Of a stretch of DNA of 64,000 bases, positions 1-7,486 are shown piece by piece. This DNA comes from Candidatus Giovannonibacteria bacterium RIFOXYD1_FULL_48_21 (GTDB lineage: Bacteria > Patescibacteriota > Minisyncoccia > JACPKW01 > UBA11713). How positions within the stretch are numbered: the first letter of the stretch is position 1; the number at the start of each line of letters is the position of its first letter. The stretch is from contig MFIU01000002.1 of the NCBI GenBank assembly GCA_001778985.1, forward strand, positions 57,826 to 121,825, in the 5' to 3' direction. A program made the translations under genes and the position numbers. The notes under the pieces are model-generated. The model saw only the letters and a list, made by a program, of their open reading frames with translations. It searched no databases and was not told where the DNA came from.

Positions 1-262
1 TTAAACATTGGACCTCGGCCGCTAAAACCGGCACCGCCCAGATTCCGCTTGAGGGCGCGAAGGGATACTCGGATGAATTTTTGCATTCTTTCTTCGGCTG
101 GGCTCCGGGGTTTGACGAAAGGTTTTTAGTTTTTTTGTGGATGGAGCGGCCGCAGGGGGTTCGCTACGCCTCGCAGTCCCTCACCCCGGCTTGGGCCGAG
201 ATAATGCAATTTTTGCTGACCTACTACGAAGTCGGGCCGGACAGATAGGGTATAATAGAAAA

Positions 263-1549
263 ATGAGAGAATTTCTGAAAAAGCTCGTTATTTTTGTTTT
301 AACTTGGGAGGCAAAGCTGATTCTAAAAAAATATAAACCTAAAATCGTGGCCATAACCGGGTCGGTGGGGAAGACTTCGACCAAAGACGCGGTGGCGAAG
401 GTCTTGGAAGCAAAATTTCGCGTCCGGAAAAGCCAGAAAAGTTACAACTCCGAGCTCGGCGTGCCGCTCGCCATAATCGGCGCCCAGACGGGATGGAATT
501 CTGTTTTAAGATGGCTTTCTGCAATCTGGCAGGGAGTTGGAATCATCGTCCGACGGACGCCGTATCCGGAGATTTTAGTGCTCGAGGTCGGCGTTGACCG
601 GCCCGGCGACATTAAGGCGATTCGTTCCTGGCTCGAGCCGGACGTCGCAGTAGTAACCACGCTTGCTGACGTTCCGGTTCACATTGAATTTTTTAAAAGC
701 CCCGAAGAGCTTTTTGCGGAGAAAGCCGAGCTCGTTAAAAATCTAAGCCCGGAAAAATTCGTGCTCCTGAATTTCGACGACCTGGAAGTGATGAAAATGA
801 AAGATAAAACTCAAGCCAAAATTATAACTTTCGGATTTTCTGAAGGAAGCGAGTTTTGGGGTTACGAATATGAATTGATGTTCCGAGAGGGTACGCCGGA
901 GGGAATAAAGTTTAAAGTCAAAAACCAGAATCAAGAAGTTCCGGTAAAAATTTTAAACGCTTTCGGGAGACATCAGGTCTATCCAGCACTCGCGGCGATT
1001 GCCGCCGGGAAAATTTTTGACATCAAACTCGAAGACGCGGCCGAAACTCTTTCGCTTTACTCTCCGCCGCCCGGCCGGTTAAAACTTGTCAAAGGCATTA
1101 AAGATACTTTGATTCTTGATGATTCTTATAATTCTTCTCCGAAGGCTTTGCAGGCGGCATTGGAAGTTTTGGGAGAGATTGAGGCTCCGCGAAAAATCGC
1201 GGTTCTGGGCGATATGCTTGAACTTGGAAAACATACTATAACCGCGCATCGTGATTTGGGCAGACTCGCCGCGGCTCGAATAAATCTTTTGGTGACCGTT
1301 GGAGTGCGGGCGAAATTTTTCAGCGAAGGCGCGGCTAAGGCCGGCTTCAAAAAACGAGATATAAAAAGTTTTTCGAATTCCGATGAAGCCGGGGAGGGGC
1401 TTTTGAAAATAATAAAACCCGGCGACCTGATTTTAGTAAAAGGCTCGCAGGGAATCCGCATGGAAAAAATCGTGGAGAAAATTATGGCCGAGCCCGAGAA
1501 AAAATCCGAACTCTTGTGCCGCCAAGAACCGGAGTGGCAAAATCGCTAA
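263..1549 (+). CDS. murF: UDP-N-acetylmuramoyl-tripeptide--D-alanyl-D-alanine ligase (MurF)
   Basis: Mur ligase ATP-binding motif ITGSVGKTSTKD and C-terminal Mur ligase domain. The six-frame ORF 137..1549 starts at GTG. The ATG at 263 follows a TATAAT at 251-256 and is preferred as the start. Confidence 0.8.
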   Translation: MREFLKKLVIFVLTWEAKLILKKYKPKIVAITGSVGKTSTKDAVAKVLEAKFRVRKSQKSYNSELGVPLAIIGAQTGWNSVLRWLSAIWQGVGIIVRRTPYPEILVLEVGVDRPGDIKAIRSWLEPDVAVVTTLADVPVHIEFFKSPEELFAEKAELVKNLSPEKFVLLNFDDLEVMKMKDKTQAKIITFGFSEGSEFWGYEYELMFREGTPEGIKFKVKNQNQEVPVKILNAFGRHQVYPALAAIAAGKIFDIKLEDAAETLSLYSPPPGRLKLVKGIKDTLILDDSYNSSPKALQAALEVLGEIEAPRKIAVLGDMLELGKHTITAHRDLGRLAAARINLLVTVGVRAKFFSEGAAKAGFKKRDIKSFSNSDEAGEGLLKIIKPGDLILVKGSQGIRMEKIVEKIMAEPEKKSELLCRQEPEWQNR

Positions 1550-1690
1550 TTTTGTGCTAAATTTTCGCCATACGGCCCTATCGTTCCCGATTTACATTCA
1601 ATAGTAGATAAGGAAATCGAGGACTCTCGACTTTGTTCCGAAACAAAGTCGGAGCTAGGTCGGTCTAGTCCCGATTTTCTTGAAATTTTT

Positions 1691-1948
1691 ATGAAAAGGT
1701 ACTATATTTACATATTAGAATCCGCCGTTTCAAAGGAGTATTATGTAGGCACAACTTCAAATTTAGAACGGCGCATACGGCAACATAATTCTGGCAGAGT
1801 AAGAAGTACAAGACCAATGAGACCTTGGCACCTGAAATATCAAGAGAGCTATCCTAATATATCCTCTGCTCGAACCCGAGAAATGCAAATTAAAAGTTGG
1901 AAAAAACGATCAGCTATCGAAAAGCTTATACGTGGCGCATTCGTCTAG
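1691..1948 (+). CDS. GIY-YIG nuclease domain small protein (UPF0213/YhbQ-like)
   Basis: N-terminal YIYILES..YVGTT..LERRIRQHN matches the GIY-YIG motif. It is 85 aa. Its stop codon overlaps the 5' end of the tRNA. Confidence 0.7.
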   Translation: MKRYYIYILESAVSKEYYVGTTSNLERRIRQHNSGRVRSTRPMRPWHLKYQESYPNISSARTREMQIKSWKKRSAIEKLIRGAFV

Positions 1949-2006
1949 TGGATTAGGACGCACGGTTCTCATCCGTGTAACACGGGTTCGACTCCCGTAT
2001 GCGCCG
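1934..2006 (+). tRNA. tRNA-Glu (anticodon CTC), folded by hand
   Basis: 7-bp acceptor stem GGCGCAT/ATGCGCC. D stem GTCT/GGAC. Anticodon stem CACGG/CCGTG with loop TTCTCAT. T arm ACGGG-TTCGACT-CCCGT. Discriminator G. No encoded CCA. Confidence 0.55.
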
Positions 2007-2075
2007 CAAAATTTCTTAGAAAATCGAGGATCCTCGATTTGGCGATCAAATCGGAGATTTGAGCCAAATCGGGAG

Positions 2076-2128
2076 ACGCATGGTTCTCATCCATGAAACT
2101 CGGGTTCAAATCCCGATGGGGCCGCAAC
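2076..2128 (+). pseudogene. tRNA 3'-half-like fragment (anticodon arm + T arm + 3' acceptor strand; no 5' half)
   Basis: CATGG-TTCTCAT-CCATG anticodon arm has the same loop as the upstream tRNA-Glu. T arm is TCGGG-TTCAAAT-CCCGA. The 3' strand TGGGGCC has no complementary 5' acceptor or D stem upstream. Confidence 0.35.
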
Positions 2129-2151
2129 GCAAGGCGTGTTAAAATAAAACT

Positions 2152-3108
2152 ATGCTCGATTTTTTAGTTTTCATTGTTTCGTTTTTTATTTTGAGCTGGG
2201 CCGGAGGAAGTTTGGTGAAGTCCCTGACTTCGCTCGCGCGGCTCTTGAAAGTTTCCGAGTACTTGATGGCATTTTTTCTGGTAAGTTTCGCGACCTCGAT
2301 TCCGGAACTTTTCGTGGGCATCAGCTCGGCCTGGAAGGATATTCCGGCTTTTTCTCTGGGCAATGTTCTGGGCGCGAATATCATCAACGCGACCTTAATT
2401 TTAGGGCTGGTGGCGATTTTGGCGAACGGCATCAGCATCGAGCGGAAATTTTCCAGAAAAACTTTTCTGGCGGCTTTTGGCATGGGAATTCTGCCTTTAT
2501 TTTTCGCCTGGGACGGCGTTATCAGCCGTTTTGACGGCTTCCTGTCGCTCGCGGTATTTTTATTGTATCTGGTTTATATCTCCAGAGAGCGTGAATATTT
2601 TTCAGAAGTTTTTAATAACGCCTCCAGACTGCCCGCAGTTTTTATTAAAGATTTTTTTGCCGGCCTCGGCGCGTTCGTTTTGGCCCTGGCGGCTCTGCTT
2701 TTTAGCGCCTTCCTGCTGGTGAATACCGGCCAGAAAATAATCGGAATGTTTTCTATCTCGGCTTTCGTCTTCGGCGCTCTCTTGGTCGCGCTCGGCACCA
2801 CTTTGCCGGAGCTGATTTTCGGTCTCAAAGCCGTAAATCTGAAGCACGGCGCCATGGCTGTGGGAAATTCTTTGGGCTCAATCGTATTTAACGCTTCCTT
2901 TGTCGTAGGCGTTGTCAGCTTGATTCGGCCCATCGAAGTCGTCCGGGACGAAAATTTCATGCTCTCGGCCGCTTTCGTTTTCTTGGCTCTTCTCTTCTTT
3001 TCAGTTTTTACCTCCACCAAATCGCGCCTGGAGCGGGAGGAGGGAGTTTTTCTGGTGCTTCTATACCTGGTATTTTTCTTCAGCCAGTATTATCTTTTAA
3101 TCAAATGA
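2152..3108 (+). CDS. Ca2+/cation antiporter (CaCA family, YrbG-like)
   Basis: About 10 transmembrane helices. Two alpha-repeat motifs: GNVLGANIINATLILG and GNSLGSIVFNASFVVG. Confidence 0.75.
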   Translation: MLDFLVFIVSFFILSWAGGSLVKSLTSLARLLKVSEYLMAFFLVSFATSIPELFVGISSAWKDIPAFSLGNVLGANIINATLILGLVAILANGISIERKFSRKTFLAAFGMGILPLFFAWDGVISRFDGFLSLAVFLLYLVYISREREYFSEVFNNASRLPAVFIKDFFAGLGAFVLALAALLFSAFLLVNTGQKIIGMFSISAFVFGALLVALGTTLPELIFGLKAVNLKHGAMAVGNSLGSIVFNASFVVGVVSLIRPIEVVRDENFMLSAAFVFLALLFFSVFTSTKSRLEREEGVFLVLLYLVFFFSQYYLLIK

Positions 3109-4148
3109 CCACAGCGTTATTAATTCTGATCGGAGCGCTAATCGGAGGAATTGCGGCCTATTTTATTTTGTTGAGAAAACGCCCAGAGAGCGGCGAAGGG
3201 CTTTTAATGTTACAGAACCAGATGAATGAGCTAAAGAGAGAGCTCTCTGGGAAGCTAGACCTTAGTTTGGGACAATCAACGAACATTTTACAGAAGCAGC
3301 ATAGCGAATCGTTAAAAACCGCACGGGAACTAACCGAAAAACTTACAAAGCTGGATGAAACGAATAGACAAGTTGTTAATTTTGCAACGCAATTGGATAA
3401 ACTCCAGGACATCTTAAAAAATCCGAAGCAGAGGGGGGTATTCGGGGAATATTTTCTAGAAACGCTTTTAAAAAATGCATTCAACCCCAAAGATTACCAG
3501 ATGCAGTATAAGTTTAAAGATGGGGAGATAGTGGATGCGGTTTTATTTTTTGGAGACAAAATTATACCCATAGATTCGAAATTCTCGCTTGAGAATTATA
3601 ATAGGCTGGCCGAGGAATCGAATTCAGATTACCGTGCAGAACTCGAGGTCCAATTTAAAAATGATTTGAAAAAAAGGATCGATGAGACTTCCAAATATAT
3701 TCGCCCCATGGAAGGAACAACGGATTACGCATTTATGTTTATACCCGCAGAGGGCATTTACTATGACCTTTTGGTAAACAAGGTTGGTGCGGTTAAATCC
3801 AACACTCGCGATTTAATTGACTATGCTGTTAATGAGAAGAAAGTGCATATTGTCTCGCCAACCACATTTTATGTCACTCTGCAGGCAATGATTGTTGGTA
3901 TGCGCACATATCAGATTCAAGAATCAACAAAGGAAATATTGAAAAATATCGGCCAGTTAGAAAAGCATCTGCGTGCATTTGGAGAATATCATCTTAAAGT
4001 TGGCTCAAATTTAAATACGACCGTTAATTCGTATAACAGCGCATCTAAAGAGTTTACGAAAATTGATAAGGATATCGTGAAGTTAAATGGCGGGGGAATT
4101 GAGTTAGAATTGCCACTAATTAACAAATCCTTAACTGACGCCGATTGA
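3105..4148 (+). CDS. rmuC: DNA recombination protein RmuC
   Basis: N-terminal TM helix, coiled coil, and the conserved RmuC core GVFGEYFLETLLKNAF...DAVLFFGDKIIPIDSKFSLENY. Confidence 0.75.
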   Translation: MTTALLILIGALIGGIAAYFILLRKRPESGEGLLMLQNQMNELKRELSGKLDLSLGQSTNILQKQHSESLKTARELTEKLTKLDETNRQVVNFATQLDKLQDILKNPKQRGVFGEYFLETLLKNAFNPKDYQMQYKFKDGEIVDAVLFFGDKIIPIDSKFSLENYNRLAEESNSDYRAELEVQFKNDLKKRIDETSKYIRPMEGTTDYAFMFIPAEGIYYDLLVNKVGAVKSNTRDLIDYAVNEKKVHIVSPTTFYVTLQAMIVGMRTYQIQESTKEILKNIGQLEKHLRAFGEYHLKVGSNLNTTVNSYNSASKEFTKIDKDIVKLNGGGIELELPLINKSLTDAD

Positions 4149-4179
4149 CTTATAAACTCTTAAAATATATACTATTTCC

Positions 4180-4500
4180 ATGTCTAAATTCGCGGTAATC
4201 AAAACCGGCGGCAAGCAGTATTTGGTAGAGCCGGGGATGAAACTAAAAATCGAAAAACTCCCGCCGGGAAAAGACGAGACAATTGATTTTAATGAAGTCT
4301 TGCTCGTCGGAGAAGGGGAGAGTCTTGAGATTGGGAACCCTCTTGTAAGGAACGCGAAAGTCGCGGCCGAATGCATTCAAGAAGGCAAAGGTAAAAAAGT
4401 TATAGTGGCGCGCTACCACTCCAAAACCCGCTATTACAAGCGCCGCGGCCACCGCCAGCCCTTTACCGAGGTTTTGATAAAAGAGATAGTTGCGAAATAA
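4180..4500 (+). CDS. rplU: 50S ribosomal protein L21
   Basis: MSKFAVIKTGGKQYLVEPG is the L21 signature. 106 aa. Confidence 0.9.
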   Translation: MSKFAVIKTGGKQYLVEPGMKLKIEKLPPGKDETIDFNEVLLVGEGESLEIGNPLVRNAKVAAECIQEGKGKKVIVARYHSKTRYYKRRGHRQPFTEVLIKEIVAK

Positions 4501-4526
4501 AACTAGGTTTGCTAGAATGTGTTTGG

Positions 4527-4770
4527 CGTGGAAACGGTAGGGTCGCTAGGAAGCATTACGGGAGTTCGACTCTCTCGGCCGGTCCAAAAGTGAGGTCGGT
4601 TTGTGCAGGATAGGTGGGAGGCATTGAAGCGGAGGCGCTAGTTTCCAGGGAGCCAACCTTGAAATACCACCCTTGCCGATTGAACCCTCAGCCTCGGCCT
4701 TAAGCTCAAAACTGAGACTTGCGGATTCCATGCCTAACGCGGGGAGCGTCATCCGACCTCCCCGCGAAAT
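4527..4770 (+). ncRNA. 23S rRNA domain V-like fragment (H75-H79 / L1-stalk region), sense orientation, ending in a GC-rich hairpin
   Basis: Positions 4597-4672 read GGTCGGTTTGTGCAGGATAGGTGGGAGGCATTGAAG...GGAGCCAACCTTGAAATACCACCCTTG. They align at about 84% identity to E. coli 23S ~2105-2180 (GUGUAGGAUAGGUGGGAGGCUUUGAAG...GGAGCCGACCUUGAAAUACCACCCUU). The flanks show weaker H75/H79-like similarity. A hairpin GCGGGGAG..CTCCCCGC lies at 4739-4768. A possible TAGAAT -10 element is at 4512-4517. Confidence 0.5.
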
Positions 4771-4811
4771 TATTATAGTAACTCACGATCGTGACATATC
4801 ATAATCATTTC
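4768..4811. promoter_or_regulatory. Left copy of a duplicated operator/promoter module (palindrome TCACGATCGTGA + TATAAT-like box)
   Basis: Direct repeat, about 25/29 identical, with a copy at 5397-5440. Contains the perfect palindrome TCACGATCGTGA. On the minus strand the palindrome is followed by GTTAC-TATAAT. Confidence 0.45.
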
Positions 4812-4830
4812 ATTATATCTATTTCATTCG

Positions 4831-5388
4831 TCAGACTATATGGAAAGCTCGTTTAATTTTGTAATCATTGTCCAAGCTGGCCTCGGCGTATATCACAAAG
4901 GATTTTAAATTAAAGAAATGAATAACAAATTCAATCTCTTTTTTGCAATCGTACGGCCAAAGGAAAACGCTTTTTTGTAATTCGTAACATCCCAGCTCTT
5001 TTAACTTTCTTCTTAGGGCATCCCGGCTGCGTCTTTTAATTTCAGGGATATCAAAAAGTATCAGACGCCACTTACCATCCCAACGGCCCTGAACCGGAAG
5101 TTCCAGCTCAGAAAAATCTAATTTTTTAAGATACTCCCTACCCCTCGGCGTAATAAAAATTCTAACTTCATTCTTTGAAACTTGTTTATGTTCAATAAAA
5201 CCTCGTTTCTTAAGAGAACGAGAGAGGCGATAGATATGTTCGCGCTCTAGTTTTCGCCACTCTTTTGGCACAGATTTTAAAAGGCGGAAGTAGTGCCGGG
5301 GAGTAGGTGAGAGTCCTAAGGATACGCCCAGGGCCAACAACCAAAGAAATCTCTTCACCCAAATGTTTTTCGGCATCCGAATTTTCAT
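4831..5388 (-). CDS. PaaX-family transcriptional regulator (short form: wHTH + PaaX C-terminal Cas2-like domain)
   Basis: WDGKWRLILFDIPEIKRRSRDALRRKLKELGCYELQKSVFLWPY matches the PaaX core WDGxWxLxxYxIPExxRxxRDxLRRxLxxLGFGxLxxSVWISP. N-terminal winged-helix segment. Confidence 0.6.
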   Translation of the reverse strand: MKIRMPKNIWVKRFLWLLALGVSLGLSPTPRHYFRLLKSVPKEWRKLEREHIYRLSRSLKKRGFIEHKQVSKNEVRIFITPRGREYLKKLDFSELELPVQGRWDGKWRLILFDIPEIKRRSRDALRRKLKELGCYELQKSVFLWPYDCKKEIEFVIHFFNLKSFVIYAEASLDNDYKIKRAFHIV

Positions 5389-5396
5389 ATTTTTAA

Positions 5397-5440
5397 AAGA
5401 TTATATTACCTCACGATCGTATCATATAATAATCTTTTTT
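5397..5440. promoter_or_regulatory. Right copy of the operator/promoter module, immediately upstream of the paaX-like start
   Basis: Minus-strand reading is ACGATCGTGAGG-TAATATAAT-11nt-ATG. This fits an autoregulated promoter with a short or absent leader. Confidence 0.5.
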
Positions 5441-5451
5441 AGTAACCTTAA

Positions 5452-6060
5452 TTATTTTCTGTTTTCTAGGGCGTGCTTTAGGGTATCACGGTCGGAGTAT
5501 TCGAGTTCCGTGCCGGTGGAGAGGCCGCGGGCGAGATTCGTGATTTTTATTTTGCGTTTTTTGGCGAACCCTTCCAGCAGTTCTTCAATGAAGCGACGAG
5601 TCATGTCGCCCTCGGTGGTGGCCGAGAGTGCGAGAATCACCTCTTTAATCTCGTCGGAAATCTCCAGTTTGGTTTTGAGCTCTTTTAGACGGAGTTTTTC
5701 TTTTTTTTCGGGCTTCAGGGGGGAGAGTAGTCCGCCCAAGACGAAATATTTCCCTTCATAGATTTGGTTTTTCTCGAGATTTTCCAAGTCCGCGTCTTTT
5801 TCCACCACCAGCAATTTGGAATCATCCCGAGAGGAACTCTGGCAAATGCCGCAGAGGGTGGATTTTCCTGAAAAAATTCGGAAGCACTTGCCGCAGCGCG
5901 AAACTTCTTCGTTTAATTTTGAAATAAGCTCGGCGAAATCTTTAAGAAATTTCCGGTCTTCTTCCACCAAGGCGTAGACAAATCTCCGGGCTTGCCTGGG
6001 GCCAATCCCGGGCAAGCGCTCAAAATATTCCACCAGTTTGTGAATTATCGACTCGGACAT
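5452..6060 (-). CDS. recR: Recombination protein RecR
   Basis: HhH motif LPGIGPRQARR, C4 zinc finger CGKC...CGIC, and Toprim domain. Confidence 0.9.
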   Translation of the reverse strand: MSESIIHKLVEYFERLPGIGPRQARRFVYALVEEDRKFLKDFAELISKLNEEVSRCGKCFRIFSGKSTLCGICQSSSRDDSKLLVVEKDADLENLEKNQIYEGKYFVLGGLLSPLKPEKKEKLRLKELKTKLEISDEIKEVILALSATTEGDMTRRFIEELLEGFAKKRKIKITNLARGLSTGTELEYSDRDTLKHALENRK

Positions 6061-6064
6061 CGGT

Positions 6065-7447
6065 TTATTCTACCGCGAAATTTTCAAAACCGGCGCTTTC
6101 ATCCAGAGAAGTGAAAGTAACTTTGTCGGGGTTGAAATACAGGCTTACTTTGCCCAAGGGGCCGTTTCGGTGTTTGGCCACCATGATGTCCGCTTGGTTC
6201 GGCCTGGGAGAATTTTCTCGATAACGGTCTTCGCGATGGATTAAGAGCACGACATCCGCGTCTTGCTCGATTGAGCCGGATTCTCTCAAGTCCGAAAGCC
6301 GGGGGATGGGGGGGTGCCGAGATTCGACGGCGCGGGAAAGCTGGGAGACCGCCAAGACCGGCACGTTTAATTCGCGCGCCAAGGCCTTAAGGGAGCGGGA
6401 GATTTCGGTAATCTGTTGGACCATGCTCTCGGACGGGGTTCGCGGCTGCATCAGCTGAAGATAATCTATGACCAAAAGTCCCAAGTTGCCGTGGTCGGCC
6501 TGCAGGCGCCGCGCCATGGCCCGCATTTGTAAAATATTGTTTGAAGCCTCGTCATCGATATAGAGAGGCGCCTTGGAGAGATGGTCGAGCGCGTCCCGAA
6601 TTCTGGCAAAGTCATCAGAATTTTCCGCGAGTCGGCCGGTCCGCAGTTTCCATAGGTCCACATGGGCCTCGGAGGCGATGAAGCGGTCAACCAGCTGCTG
6701 GGTAGACATTTCTAGAGAAAATATTCCCACCGGAATATTTTTATGAATCGAAACGTGTCTGGCGATGTCCAGAGCCAGGGCGGTTTTTCCGAAAGAAGGC
6801 CTGGCGGCCAGAATAACGAGGTCTGATTTTTGCAGTCCGGCTAAAATATTATCGAGTTCTTTGAATCCGGTGGAAACTCCCCGCAGTTCGCCTTTATTTT
6901 TGTGTAGGTTGTCGATTCGCTCCCAAGCTTCTTCCAGGGCCTGACCCAGAGGCGTGAACTTTTGATGGAGCGAGCGCTGCGAGATAGAAAAAACTTTTTT
7001 CTCAGCTTCGTCCAAAAGAGAATCAATATCCTCGGATTCGCGGTAGCCCAGCTCCGCCAGGTCGCCCGAGACCTGAATCAAATCGCGAAGTACCCGTTTT
7101 TTTCTGACCAGCTCTGCATAGTGCTGGACGTTGGAGGCCGTGGGCACGGAATTGACGAGATCCGTTAAGTAGGCCACGCCGCCTATCTGCTCCAGGATAT
7201 TTTTTTCACCCAGCCTTGAAGAAATAGAAAGCATATCGATCGGTTCTCGGCGGTCAAAGAGGTCCAGAATCGCGGAAAAAATTGTCTGGTGCGCCGGACG
7301 ATAGAAATCCTCCGGCCGGATTATGTCGGCGACTTTATAAATCGCGCTGCCGTCCAGCAAAAGAGCCCCCAGAGTTGAAATTTCCGCTTCAACGTTTTGC
7401 GGCGGAATCCGGATGGTGCTGCCCAGGGGCGACTCAATATTGGCCAT
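6065..7447 (-). CDS. dnaB: Replicative DNA helicase DnaB
   Basis: N-terminal DnaB domain. Walker A ARPSFGKTALAL. RecA-like C-terminal domain. Confidence 0.9.
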   Translation of the reverse strand: MANIESPLGSTIRIPPQNVEAEISTLGALLLDGSAIYKVADIIRPEDFYRPAHQTIFSAILDLFDRREPIDMLSISSRLGEKNILEQIGGVAYLTDLVNSVPTASNVQHYAELVRKKRVLRDLIQVSGDLAELGYRESEDIDSLLDEAEKKVFSISQRSLHQKFTPLGQALEEAWERIDNLHKNKGELRGVSTGFKELDNILAGLQKSDLVILAARPSFGKTALALDIARHVSIHKNIPVGIFSLEMSTQQLVDRFIASEAHVDLWKLRTGRLAENSDDFARIRDALDHLSKAPLYIDDEASNNILQMRAMARRLQADHGNLGLLVIDYLQLMQPRTPSESMVQQITEISRSLKALARELNVPVLAVSQLSRAVESRHPPIPRLSDLRESGSIEQDADVVLLIHREDRYRENSPRPNQADIMVAKHRNGPLGKVSLYFNPDKVTFTSLDESAGFENFAVE

Positions 7448-7486
7448 ACCCTAAAGATAAAACTCCGTAGAGTTTGCAACAAGGAA

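Noticed and set aside
1-136. Partial upstream gene at the window start
   Set aside because: No frame gives a convincing C-terminal protein fragment. Stops occur in the frame contiguous with murF. It was left unannotated.
2040-2128. Second complete tRNA downstream of tRNA-Glu
   Set aside because: Only the anticodon arm, T arm and 3' acceptor strand can be folded. No complementary 5' acceptor strand or D stem exists upstream, so it was kept as a fragment or pseudogene.
4831-5388. Cas2 or VapD-like endoribonuclease (ferredoxin-like WRLILFDIPE...LQKSVF)
   Set aside because: The full pattern WDGxWxLxxFDIPExxRxxRDxLRRxLxxLG..L..SVF plus an N-terminal winged helix matches the PaaX regulator family better. 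No cas1 or CRISPR array is nearby.
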